From: Nitrospirota bacterium
GTDB lineage: Bacteria > Nitrospirota > Thermodesulfovibrionia > UBA6902
DNA length: 64,000 nt
NCBI GenBank assembly: GCA_016234115.1
Contig: JACRHD010000018.1
Span: 20,724 to 84,723 of the forward strand
Direction of reading: 5' to 3'
Shown piece after piece: positions 43,746 through 52,806 of this stretch; positions within the stretch are counted from its first letter, which is position 1; every line of letters begins with the position of its first letter. The notes beneath the pieces are model-generated. The model saw only the letters and a program-made list of their open reading frames with translations. It was not told the origin of the DNA and did no database searches. The translations under genes were made by a program, and so were the position numbers.

Positions 43746-44673
43746 GGTGCTCCTCCTTCCCTTTTCTGAAGAACCTGTCCCTTATTTCCGAATACGTCTC
43801 CAGCAGCACATGTCCGACGATAAACAGAAACGTGCCTAACAGAAGCAATATCAGGCCCTTTTCAAAATAGTAAGGTACAGGATTGTCCTTGCCGATAGGT
43901 TTATGTGTAATGGCCGTAACGAATTTCTTTGTAGCGCCCTCATGGCATTTCCCGCAGGTCTCCATCCTGTTGTCCCATGCGACCGGCGACTTGGGGTCGT
44001 CCCACTTCCTGATATCGTGATAGCCGTGGCATTGAACGCAGGTAGGCGCGTTCTCGTGCCCGAGGATATATTTTTTGCCGTGAAAGCTTTCATAATACCT
44101 CTCAAGGATGTGGGTCCCGAAACCGTATTCTTTTGCCAGTTCTTCTTTTTCATGGCACTCTCCGCATCCCTTCACCACATTCACCCTGTTGGCCGGTGAG
44201 GCGGTGTCGGACTTCGGCAAGATGTAATGGGGAGAACCGTGACAATCCGTGCATACCGCTCCGGCAGACTGTTTCTTGTCTATGATATTCATCCCGTGGA
44301 TACTTTCTTTCCACGAGTTATAAATATCTCCGTGACACTCCGCGCAGGCCGCAACAGCCACAGGATCGACCTTCGCCTTGTGCGACATATTGCTTGCCAG
44401 GGCAGCCACGTCCGCGGGAATATCTCCCTGCGCCTGAGGCTGGTGAGGATTGGCGCCGAATTGCTTGTGGCATGAAATGCAATCGATTCCTCCATGGACG
44501 GATTGAGAATACTTCTCACTGTCCACATTGACGTCTACAAGTCCTTTTTCTGCCTTGATCTTTCCTTTCATGGCGCTATGACAGGCGAGACAACCGAAGG
44601 TACTGCCCCCTGCTGAATCAGCAAGACATAGCACAAGTATCCATAAAGAAGCTATTAGACAAACCCTTCTCAC
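43738..44673 (-). CDS. Heptaheme cytochrome c with C-terminal membrane anchor, CbcA-like
   Basis: Signal peptide; 7 CxxCH (CLACH, CISCH, CAECH, CTDCH, CGECH, CVQCH, CGKCH); C-terminal TM. Confidence 0.9.
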   Translation of the reverse strand: MRRVCLIASLWILVLCLADSAGGSTFGCLACHSAMKGKIKAEKGLVDVNVDSEKYSQSVHGGIDCISCHKQFGANPHQPQAQGDIPADVAALASNMSHKAKVDPVAVAACAECHGDIYNSWKESIHGMNIIDKKQSAGAVCTDCHGSPHYILPKSDTASPANRVNVVKGCGECHEKEELAKEYGFGTHILERYYESFHGKKYILGHENAPTCVQCHGYHDIRKWDDPKSPVAWDNRMETCGKCHEGATKKFVTAITHKPIGKDNPVPYYFEKGLILLLLGTFLFIVGHVLLETYSEIRDRFFRKGKEEHHE

Positions 44674-44736
44674 GAGACCTCCCTTACTGAATATTTAAGA
44701 TTCTGTTTAGATGCTATAGAAAGATAGCCTTGAAAA

Positions 44737-44832
44737 AGCATTAACCATGCCAGAATAAAACTAATTGATCTTTAAGCAAAATTGCAATAATAAATTCGCA
44801 CTATTGCAAATTTATTTGCACTTCCGCGAATT
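44737..44832 (-). promoter_or_regulatory. Sigma-54 promoter plus upstream activator sites (module 3)
   Basis: TGGCATGGTTAATGCT at 44752-44737; AAATTCGCACTATTGCAAATT at 44792-44812. Confidence 0.78.
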
Positions 44833-45074
44833 AATGATTTGATTTGGAACAATTTGAGGCGGACAAATGTATAACTACCGGCAAGTATGACGGAAAAAGC
44901 CGCCAAGTGCCGTTCAGTAAGGTCGTTCGATTGCTAAGACAATTGCAAAAATATACATCTGGAAAAATATTTTCAATGGCCCTCTCAAAACATACCCTGC
45001 TGGGGTGGCAACGCATTTCAAATGAGCCGTCAAAGGCCGAAATTGACTCATGCCGACCGGTAAAAGTAAGATAA

Positions 45075-46079
45075 ATGGCAGCAATGCCGATGCATATATC
45101 AGTTTATTTTGATACCTATCCGGGGATGTACATGGCCCAGGCGTTTTGCCATTCGGTCATAGCCTTTATTATGGTCGAGAGGGCCATAACATTGTGGAAA
45201 ATAAACAGCCCGTTAATAAGACAGAGGTTCGGCCTCCTCGTCATTTTATTGCCGATTTTTTCGTTTCCATTGTATCAATTGATAAATCCGGACAGGGCAT
45301 CAATTGCCTTCAGATTAGGGGCGCTTTTTGATATCAACAGATGGTTGAATCTCGAATTGGGAGGGGTTCCGCTCGGGGCGTTATTCATCATCATAGTATT
45401 TGTCACGACACTGATTTTTCTGCTCCAGGAAATGGTCCCCGTCCTGAGACATACCTTCGAGTCAAAAAGGTCCGGGCTGCATGCAGCAGGATCTGATAAT
45501 AATCCCGCGGTCACCCGGGCCGTCGAGCAGCTTTCAGCAGAAAAGCCGGATATATTCACCCTTGACGACGATGAGTTCATACTGTTTTCATCGACGGGGA
45601 AAAATCCCGCCATCTTCATATCAACAGGGATAATAGAAACACTGAGTGCGGAACAACTGCGGGCGGTCGTCGCCCACGAGATAGCACATATAAAGAGAAA
45701 CAGAAAACCTCTTCTCCTGATGGCGTTTCTTTTGAGGATGACGATGTTTTTCAATCCCGTGGTGCTGCTGGAATTCAGGAGAATCGTGCAGGAAGAAGAA
45801 AAAATATGCGATGATATGGCGGTCCTTTCGACAAAAGACCCTGCTGCGCTGTCTGAGGCCCTGCAGAAGCTTTATTACAGGGATGACGTAACCAACCCCC
45901 TGCAACTGAGGAGATTTTCAGGGATGAGAGACTCTCTTGAAGAATACAGTCATAACGTGCAGATAGGGAACCGGATTGCAAGACTCGAATATTCTCCTGT
46001 TCACGGGAAAGACGGGAAATGGGCTGAATTAATAGTCACTGTTATAATCATCGTGGGGATAAATTACTTTGTCGTATAA
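45075..46079 (+). CDS. Membrane zinc metalloprotease, M56 (BlaR1-like)/M48 family
   Basis: N-terminal TMs, EQLRAVVAHEIAHI (HExxH), EEEKICDDMA, LSEALQKL. Confidence 0.82.
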   Translation: MAAMPMHISVYFDTYPGMYMAQAFCHSVIAFIMVERAITLWKINSPLIRQRFGLLVILLPIFSFPLYQLINPDRASIAFRLGALFDINRWLNLELGGVPLGALFIIIVFVTTLIFLLQEMVPVLRHTFESKRSGLHAAGSDNNPAVTRAVEQLSAEKPDIFTLDDDEFILFSSTGKNPAIFISTGIIETLSAEQLRAVVAHEIAHIKRNRKPLLLMAFLLRMTMFFNPVVLLEFRRIVQEEEKICDDMAVLSTKDPAALSEALQKLYYRDDVTNPLQLRRFSGMRDSLEEYSHNVQIGNRIARLEYSPVHGKDGKWAELIVTVIIIVGINYFVV

Positions 46080-46100
46080 TTACCATGCGGAGAACAGACC

Positions 46101-46661
46101 ATGAATAAAAGGATCCTGAGTCTCATTTATTTTCTGATTACGGTTGTAATCCTTGTTGCGGCCATAAAGATCATCAACTACCTGCCGATGGTTATCCAGG
46201 CAGGCACCATAAGGGAATACCATAGTATCGAAGAAGTCAGGTCAAAGCTGAATATAAAAGATATCTATATCCCAACTTATTTCCCCCAGGGACTCGTCTG
46301 GCCTCCATCCCTGGTCCTTGCCCAGGATAAACCCTTTACAGCGGTGATAACAGAATTCAAAAAAGCAGGTAAGGAAGCCCCTGCCCTGATCTTGTCGCAG
46401 AGCGCGTCCGCAACTTTCAGGACAGATGAGAAAATCAGGCTGCGGGGAATCAAGGAAAAAATCAGCTATCCTCTTAAGGGAAGAAACATGATGCTGGAGG
46501 CCGGCGTGTGCGACAACGAGGAGCCCTGCAGCCGGATAACATGGGCTGAGGGAAGATACACGATTACCGTCACTGCAAAGTCGGAGCCTCCGGACCTCCT
46601 GAAGATCGCGGAGAGCATGGTCCACCGACTTCCGACACGCGGCAGGCATGAAAAAAATTAG
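46101..46661 (+). CDS. Hypothetical protein with N-terminal membrane anchor
   Basis: RBS ggagaa, single TM, co-oriented with the peptidase. Confidence 0.7.
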   Translation: MNKRILSLIYFLITVVILVAAIKIINYLPMVIQAGTIREYHSIEEVRSKLNIKDIYIPTYFPQGLVWPPSLVLAQDKPFTAVITEFKKAGKEAPALILSQSASATFRTDEKIRLRGIKEKISYPLKGRNMMLEAGVCDNEEPCSRITWAEGRYTITVTAKSEPPDLLKIAESMVHRLPTRGRHEKN

Positions 46662-46737
46662 TGACAAGTGCCGAGTAACAAGTGACATGTGCTAAAAGAA
46701 CTACTCGTCACTTGTTACCTGTTACTCGTTACTTCAC
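46660..46737. repeat. Heptamer inverted repeat (RAGTRAC / GTYACTY) between convergent genes
   Basis: agtgacaagtgccgagtaacaagtgaca ... actcgtcacttgttacctgttactcgttact. Confidence 0.88.
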
Positions 46738-47460
46738 TTATCGCTCCATTTTCATTTTAAGCGCGATGAGGGCGAGGATTCCCGTCATAAACAATATACC
46801 GCCGGCAAGGGCCCAGACTGCGCCGGGCTCCCTGCTGATCTGAAGGAGGACCGCCTCCGGGTATGCCCGCAGGTCCTTCACATTGATATTAAACCCCATC
46901 TGCGTGGAAGGACTGTTCGGCGCAATCATATCGGTCAGAAACAATCTGCCGTCTTTCAGGTATTCAATGCCGACCTTCCAGTCTGTGATATATCCATAGG
47001 GGTCCGACCGGATGTTTATTTCTTTCACCCTCAGGACCGCGTCATCGGAAATCCTGAGCATATCGCCTTCCGCCGCAACTGCCGTTGCCTGATAACTTCC
47101 GGCTGCGCTCAGCAGATGAGCGAGCAGGATAAAAAGGAACCCGATATGGATTATCTGCGGAGAGATCAGGAGCAGCCATTGCGTGACCTTGCGCTTTTTT
47201 ACGAGCGATTCAATACTGCAAAAAAGCGTGTTGACGGCAAGGACGGACAGGAGCCCGATCGACCCCCACAGCCACCACGTAATATTCCCCGGCTGTTTCT
47301 GCAGCCACTCAAGCATCGGGACAGAATGGATACTCTGGAATTCATTCTGCCCCGGCATGATGACCGCGCCCGCAAGCATCAGAGCCAGCATGAAGCCGAG
47401 CAGCCACAGGGTTGTGCGGAGGGACAGGAAAAAGTTTGTAATGTTTTTTATAATTAACAT
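46738..47460 (-). CDS. resB: ResB/Ccs1-like cytochrome c biogenesis protein (system II)
   Basis: FFLSLRTTL, NTLFCS, IIHIGFL, SPNSP, SREPG; adjacent to ccsA. Confidence 0.7.
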   Translation of the reverse strand: MLIIKNITNFFLSLRTTLWLLGFMLALMLAGAVIMPGQNEFQSIHSVPMLEWLQKQPGNITWWLWGSIGLLSVLAVNTLFCSIESLVKKRKVTQWLLLISPQIIHIGFLFILLAHLLSAAGSYQATAVAAEGDMLRISDDAVLRVKEINIRSDPYGYITDWKVGIEYLKDGRLFLTDMIAPNSPSTQMGFNINVKDLRAYPEAVLLQISREPGAVWALAGGILFMTGILALIALKMKMER

Positions 47461-47473
47461 CTTAATTATCCAT

Positions 47474-47553
47474 AAAATCTCCCCTGCCCCCTCTTTTCCA
47501 AAGAGGGGAATTGATGGTCCCCCTTTGAAAAAGGGGGATTAAGGGGGATTTTT
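47474..47553. repeat. Double-hairpin CCCC..GGGG palindrome (intergenic copy of the metG linker element)
   Basis: aaaatctcccc-[cccctcttttccaaagagggg]-[ccccctttgaaaaaggggg]-ggggatttt. Confidence 0.8.
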
Positions 47554-47571
47554 CAGTAATTCATAACCTTA

Positions 47572-48339
47572 TTAAAAACTGTGCGAGCTCTTCATCAGAA
47601 GGCTCACACCCAGGTACGTGAACATGGTTATTACAAATCCGGCGATCCCGAGATACGCCATCGGGCGGCCAAGCCACCAATTCCTAAGGCGGGCGTGGAG
47701 ATACAAACTGTAAAAGGTCCACAAGATACTGGTCCACAACTCCTTCGGCGTCCAGAGCCAATAGGTGCCCCATGCCAGATATGCCCATATGCCGCCGAAT
47801 ATCATTGATAATGTAAACAGGCAATAACCCATAAGCGCCGCCCTGTACTGCAAGCCTTCCGATATGCTGTCTCGTCGTGGACCATTCAGCGCTTCCCCTT
47901 CGGGCCCGGCATCCGTTACCGCCGGGGAGGAGGAACTCAAATATATATACCCGAGTATCGCGGCGACGCCGAAGAGCGCATACGACATAAACGCCAGAAC
48001 CACATGACATTCAAACCAGAATGTCTTGAGCACGGGAGGCAGGGGGGCGTTATGTTTTCCGGAGACCATCACAAATACGGTAAGAACGGACGTCAATACC
48101 ATTACAGCGTCAAAGAACCGTTTCCTGTCCTTCAGGAGAAAACCGAACGGTATGGAGAATGCGGCAATTGAAGCCGAGAGAAAAATTATCGTGTCATGAG
48201 GACCGACAAGCGGCAGCCGTCCGAGCTCCGTTCCGCGCAATACTATGTAAACAACCTGAAGAATGAGACCCGCGTAGAGCAACGGTCTTTTCCAGAGGGC
48301 AAAAAGGTAGGAGGCCAGAGAAAGGGCAAGAAGCGTCAT
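47572..48339 (-). CDS. ccsA: Cytochrome c biogenesis protein CcsA/ResC
   Basis: PPVLKTFWFECHV, WWD-like GGIWAYLAWGTYWLWTPKELW, YLHAR. Confidence 0.93.
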   Translation of the reverse strand: MTLLALSLASYLFALWKRPLLYAGLILQVVYIVLRGTELGRLPLVGPHDTIIFLSASIAAFSIPFGFLLKDRKRFFDAVMVLTSVLTVFVMVSGKHNAPLPPVLKTFWFECHVVLAFMSYALFGVAAILGYIYLSSSSPAVTDAGPEGEALNGPRRDSISEGLQYRAALMGYCLFTLSMIFGGIWAYLAWGTYWLWTPKELWTSILWTFYSLYLHARLRNWWLGRPMAYLGIAGFVITMFTYLGVSLLMKSSHSF

Positions 48340-49697
48340 TGCACGGGGAGGATAAAATAGAAATTGTTCCCGTACTGGGTGGCCTCGTACCCCGCCGCTC
48401 CGCCGTGTATCTCGACGGCGTTTCTGATAAACGACAAGCCGTGCCCCGTGCCGGGATGGCTCGAGACATTGCTGCCGCGATAACCCTCGTCAAATAATTT
48501 GTCGCGCTCTTCAGGCGGGACATGCGGGCCGGTGCTGAAGACATTATATTTGACCCCGTCCTTTCCGGGTCCGAAATAATCTTTCAGGATTTCATGTCCG
48601 TAGGTTATGTATTTCACGATCTCCCCGGCATCCGTAGTAACGGTCTGTGTATACTTCACCGCGTTGGAAAACAGGTTGGCATAGACCTGCGCGATCAGGC
48701 CTACATCCACCACGGTAATGATCTCCGCTTCAGGTATGCCGCTCAGACGGTCATTCACTGATATGCCCATTTTTTTGAACTGTTCAACATACCTCTCTAA
48801 CTGGGGCTGAACAACGTCCTTGAGCATATCACATGGCTTAGTGCGGAGCGTGAGGCGGCCCTGATCAAAATGGCTCTTCCGGAACAGTGTCTCGATGAAC
48901 AGGCTCATGTTCCTGTAATGTTTCTCAATGTTCTCCAGCTCCGTCGTCAATCCCTGGTTTATATCGCTCAATTCCTTAAGGAAATTTTTCATGCACGCCT
49001 CATCGCACTGGCCGCCGGAGGACTTTTCAGCAAAGACCTTTTCCATCTCGATATTCTTTATTATCTTCCTTTTCAGTCCCCTCAGAAACAACTTATATAC
49101 CATGTTAGGGACTATGATATTGTGCTCGATGTCCGCCACAAGAGACCGTATAAACCTCAGGTGTTCAATGTTTTTCTCTACGAGGAACCTGTTGTGGATA
49201 TTAAACCCGATACGGTTGGCGTACTTCTGGAAAAACATCTCCCGGTGCTTGTCGATATTCCTTGCCGGGTAAATCTCCAGCAGTCCCAGCACGTCATCTT
49301 CTATATCAAAAGGGAGCTGGTCCATCAGCGGCTCCTTGCCCCTGATCGTCAGGACCAGACTGTCCCTGACCGTATAAAACGGCTGTTCGCCCGGCCTCAT
49401 ATCTTCCGGAGGCGGAGTAGACAATTCAAAGCCGCCGTTTTCCGTCTTGGCGACAAGGGTCAGGGCGTTGAGTTTGGGCTCGACGATATAAAGTCGCGCC
49501 TCGACACTGAAAAAACTCTTCGGGACCGCAACGCACATGGCGTAGAAATCTTCGATATTGTCGATTTCCTGCGCAAGGTCGAAAAAGCTCTTGAAGGCGC
49601 TGTTCTCCGTCTGTGTGAAATTGTAATCGAGGTAATCAATTTTCTTCCCCTCGATCCGGTTGTAAATGTATTCCATGCCTGTCATGACGACGTTCAA
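48336..49697 (-). CDS. Cytoplasmic sensor histidine kinase-like protein (atypical boxes)
   Basis: EHNIIVP H-box-like, ANLFSNAVKY N-box, GTGHGL G2 box; no TM. Confidence 0.7.
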   Translation of the reverse strand: MNVVMTGMEYIYNRIEGKKIDYLDYNFTQTENSAFKSFFDLAQEIDNIEDFYAMCVAVPKSFFSVEARLYIVEPKLNALTLVAKTENGGFELSTPPPEDMRPGEQPFYTVRDSLVLTIRGKEPLMDQLPFDIEDDVLGLLEIYPARNIDKHREMFFQKYANRIGFNIHNRFLVEKNIEHLRFIRSLVADIEHNIIVPNMVYKLFLRGLKRKIIKNIEMEKVFAEKSSGGQCDEACMKNFLKELSDINQGLTTELENIEKHYRNMSLFIETLFRKSHFDQGRLTLRTKPCDMLKDVVQPQLERYVEQFKKMGISVNDRLSGIPEAEIITVVDVGLIAQVYANLFSNAVKYTQTVTTDAGEIVKYITYGHEILKDYFGPGKDGVKYNVFSTGPHVPPEERDKLFDEGYRGSNVSSHPGTGHGLSFIRNAVEIHGGAAGYEATQYGNNFYFILPVQ

Positions 49698-49770
49698 TAA
49701 ATTATTAAATATTACCTGCCTTTAATCCAATTTATATTACCACATTTTATCATTTCATTTGAAATCGCCG

Positions 49771-50514
49771 TCAAACTCTTTTCAGCCGCCCCTGTCCGAG
49801 GATTTCCTTCAGCTCCGGCGTGTAACCGGAGTCCGCTTCATATATATATAACGGCGGAGAGACCTTGAGCCACGCGCCTGAACCTTTGACCGCTTCAAGC
49901 AGGACCATCCTGGCTTCTCCCCCTGCCTTCGAATGCACAAATCTGATCTTCTTGGGTTCAAGACGCGACTTCTGCAGAAGGCTTATGAGCTCGGCGAGTC
50001 TGAAGGGGTGATAAATCATGAAGAACTTGCCTGAATGTTTGAGCAGTCGGGCGGCCGTTTTGACCAGCTCAGGGAGAGTTATCACAATCTCGTGCCTTGC
50101 AACGGCCCTCTCCTCGTATGCGCTCAACCGCCCCGTTTCAGTCTTCCGAAACGGCGGGTTCGTGAACACAAAATCGAATGAATTCGCCGCAAAGATTTTT
50201 TTCAGGTCCTTCATGTCCTTCTCAAGTATCTCGACCCTGCCCTCAAGGTCATTCAGACTCACGTTTCTCCTGGCGCGTTCGGCAAGGTTCTTCTGGATCT
50301 CGACCGCGATTATCCCTGAATGTTTCAGCCTCTTCGCAAGGAGGATGGAGATGATGCCGGAGCCCGCGCCTAATTCAATGCCCTTTTCAAGACGCTTGGC
50401 TGAGATGAAGTATTCAAGAAGCAGCGCGTCTATGCTGAACCGGTAGCCGTCTTTCGCCTGGAACAATTTTATGTCCTTGATGCTGTCAAGCGTTTCACCG
50501 GGATTCGGCTTCAC
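49771..50514 (-). CDS. trmN6: tRNA1(Val) (adenine(37)-N6)-methyltransferase family
   Basis: GYRFSIDALLL, ELGAGSG, TNPPF, ARHE. Confidence 0.85.
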   Translation of the reverse strand: MKPNPGETLDSIKDIKLFQAKDGYRFSIDALLLEYFISAKRLEKGIELGAGSGIISILLAKRLKHSGIIAVEIQKNLAERARRNVSLNDLEGRVEILEKDMKDLKKIFAANSFDFVFTNPPFRKTETGRLSAYEERAVARHEIVITLPELVKTAARLLKHSGKFFMIYHPFRLAELISLLQKSRLEPKKIRFVHSKAGGEARMVLLEAVKGSGAWLKVSPPLYIYEADSGYTPELKEILGQGRLKRV

Positions 50515-50530
50515 ATCATTTCCTTCGGCT

Positions 50531-50584
50531 CATGGTTCGACAGGCTCACCAAGACAAGCCTGTCATCCTGAGCCTGTCGAAGGA
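50531..50584. repeat. Palindromic TTCGACAGGCTCA..TGAGCCTGTCGAA element
   Basis: Stand-alone copy of the inner element at 6970-7023. Confidence 0.85.
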
Positions 50585-50589
50585 TGCCC

Positions 50590-51255
50590 CTATTGATTCT
50601 CAAGTTCGGGCAGCACCTTCAACACTTCATCAAACCGGTCGATTATAAAATCAGCGTCCATCAGGACCTCCCTGCTGCGGAAGCCATAGGTAACGGCTAT
50701 GGTTGCGACCCCTGCCGCCCTTCCGGCTTCAACGTCATAATTGCTGTCGCCGATCATCACGGCCTCATCTCGCGCCGCGCCGAACCGTTGCAGGAGCTTT
50801 AATATGGGGACCGGCGAAGGTTTCTTCTCAGGCACGCTGTCGCTGCCGAAGACGACGTCAAAATATTGCAGGATACCGAGCCCCGCAAGTATCTGCCTCG
50901 AAAACAGCTCTCTCTTGTTCGACACCACGGCCTTCCTGTAATTACCTAACTGCGGGAGGGTCTCTTTTACATGCGGATAGAGTTCAGTATTATCAAGGAG
51001 GTGTTCCGAATAGAATTTGAGAAAGCGGTCCACGACGACCTCCTTCGCGGATTCCGCGTTGTTATGAAAGATCTCCGAGGAAGAGATGAGGGTTTCCAGC
51101 AGCTTTGAAATGCCGGAGCCGACCATCGCCTTTGTCTCTTCAATAGAATATATTCTCTGCGAAAAGGGCTTCACTGCGTAATTGATCGCGTCGGCGATGT
51201 CCTGAGACGTGTCCGTAAGCGTGCCGTCAAGATCGAATATAAGAAGTTTCAGCAT
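50590..51255 (-). CDS. gph: HAD-family hydrolase (phosphoglycolate phosphatase-like)
   Basis: FDLDGTL, SNK, KKPSP, MIGDSNYD. Confidence 0.8.
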   Translation of the reverse strand: MLKLLIFDLDGTLTDTSQDIADAINYAVKPFSQRIYSIEETKAMVGSGISKLLETLISSSEIFHNNAESAKEVVVDRFLKFYSEHLLDNTELYPHVKETLPQLGNYRKAVVSNKRELFSRQILAGLGILQYFDVVFGSDSVPEKKPSPVPILKLLQRFGAARDEAVMIGDSNYDVEAGRAAGVATIAVTYGFRSREVLMDADFIIDRFDEVLKVLPELENQ

Positions 51256-51359
51256 TGAAAATAATTCCTTTCTGCCGTGTCAAAAGAATTATTATACCTG
51301 AATCCGGGCGGGAAGTGACGCGAAGTCTGAGGGTTTTCGCGATTCAGCATCTCGTATTA

Positions 51360-52028
51360 TTAATACGAAACGATGAGAGCCGTGTAACCTTCGTCTGCAA
51401 GCCGTGACGCAATTGTGTAGGCGTTGTCACGGTTGTCATACCTGCCCATTCTCACCCTGTAGAAGGTCCGGTCGTCCTTGAAAAAGGTCGCCAGATAAAC
51501 GCTGTCGTATTTTAATTCGAGTCCCTGTTTGAGCCTGTCCGCGTTGGCCTTTTCGGTAAAGGAGCCTAACTGGATCGTCACCGCGCCCGACGGCAGCGAA
51601 GGTGAAAATGCTATCCGCTTAACATACCGCATGTCCCTGCCGAGATGCTCGATCTTCACTCTCCCGACCCCCTTGTTTGCCATCTCTATTTCCCGCGCGG
51701 CCCCGTATGAAAGGTCAAGGTCCCTTCCGGCAATAAAAGGCCCCCTGTCGTTTACGGTCACGACAACCGACTTATCAGTGTCCGGATTGGTGACGCGCAG
51801 CCTCGTCCCGAAGGGCATCTCCTTGTGCGCGCACGTCAAACCGTACATGTCATACCTCTCACCCGACGAAGTCGGCCTCCCGTGAAAATCCTGCCCGTAC
51901 CACGAGGCGGTGAGGTAGCCGTCTCTTTGAGGACGATATTCGGGAGATGGCAGAGAGGCGCAGGAGGAGAGGAGGATGGTGAGCAGGAGGATTGAAAGAT
52001 ATTTTGTTTTTATATTTATATTAACCAT
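51360..52028 (-). CDS. rlpA: Septal ring lytic transglycosylase RlpA (DPBB + SPOR) lipoprotein
   Basis: Lipobox LSSC, ASWYG, TCAHKEMPFGT, VNDRGPF, DLSYGAA, C-terminal SPOR. Confidence 0.93.
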   Translation of the reverse strand: MVNINIKTKYLSILLLTILLSSCASLPSPEYRPQRDGYLTASWYGQDFHGRPTSSGERYDMYGLTCAHKEMPFGTRLRVTNPDTDKSVVVTVNDRGPFIAGRDLDLSYGAAREIEMANKGVGRVKIEHLGRDMRYVKRIAFSPSLPSGAVTIQLGSFTEKANADRLKQGLELKYDSVYLATFFKDDRTFYRVRMGRYDNRDNAYTIASRLADEGYTALIVSY

Positions 52029-52099
52029 GCGTTCGATTGTTGTGTCATTCTCGCGACAGCGGTAATCCGGATGCTATTCTAAGCATCTTCTGTCACCGA

Positions 52100-52804
52100 T
52101 TAAGTCGCCTGCAATCTCTCGACTTCTTTTATGATTTCTTCAATAACTTCAACGTTGTATATCTTTTTCTTTTTTCCTGATTTGACAGAGTAAATGAAAA
52201 AGACTTGTCCACCGAACTTCTTCCTGAACTTCTCGTGATTGACTTCGTGCATCTTGATCCATTGATACTGGTTCAATGACTGACCGGAAGATATTGGTTT
52301 AATTTGAAGACCGATATATTTATCATTTACTTGAATGAAGAAATCAACGTTGCAGGATCTGTCCCATTCATCAGGTGCGGGTTGGATCTTGACGCCGAGA
52401 ACAGACTCAAGCTGCCCATATATTGTATCAATCTCAGATTTGTATCCTTCGTAGGTTCTATTTAGTACAAGATTGTATGCATAATCAATGCATTCTTCTT
52501 CTTCGATAGCGTCCAGTTCACTTTGAACAACTTCTGCTAATTTCACATAAAGCTTTTGCCCCAAATCCCTGATGTATTCTCTCGTAATCTTCGCGCCGTT
52601 TTTCTTTTTCTGCTCAGCGTTTTTAAAATAAAAATCATCCCAATCTTTAAAAGATGTCGGCGCGCACTTTCTTATCAATTCTGAAGTAGGACCAACGCTA
52701 TGGGCCTTATTCAAGCCCCACCGGTTCATTCCGTAGTTGAGTAATGTCTCCCTTTTGAATTTCAGATTTTTGCCCTCGCTGCCTGATATCCATTCTTTTG
52801 ACAT
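52100..52804 (-). CDS. MjaI-family type II restriction endonuclease
   Basis: SVGPTSELIR, RTYEGY, APDEWDRSCNVDFFI, GLQIKP (PD-(D/E)xK variant). Confidence 0.78.
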   Translation of the reverse strand: MSKEWISGSEGKNLKFKRETLLNYGMNRWGLNKAHSVGPTSELIRKCAPTSFKDWDDFYFKNAEQKKKNGAKITREYIRDLGQKLYVKLAEVVQSELDAIEEEECIDYAYNLVLNRTYEGYKSEIDTIYGQLESVLGVKIQPAPDEWDRSCNVDFFIQVNDKYIGLQIKPISSGQSLNQYQWIKMHEVNHEKFRKKFGGQVFFIYSVKSGKKKKIYNVEVIEEIIKEVERLQAT

Positions 52805-52806
52805 TA

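Noticed and set aside
44844-45074. 76-aa ORF upstream of the M56 peptidase as a BlaI-like repressor
   Set aside because: No winged-helix BlaI motifs or RBS; likely spurious in a promoter region.
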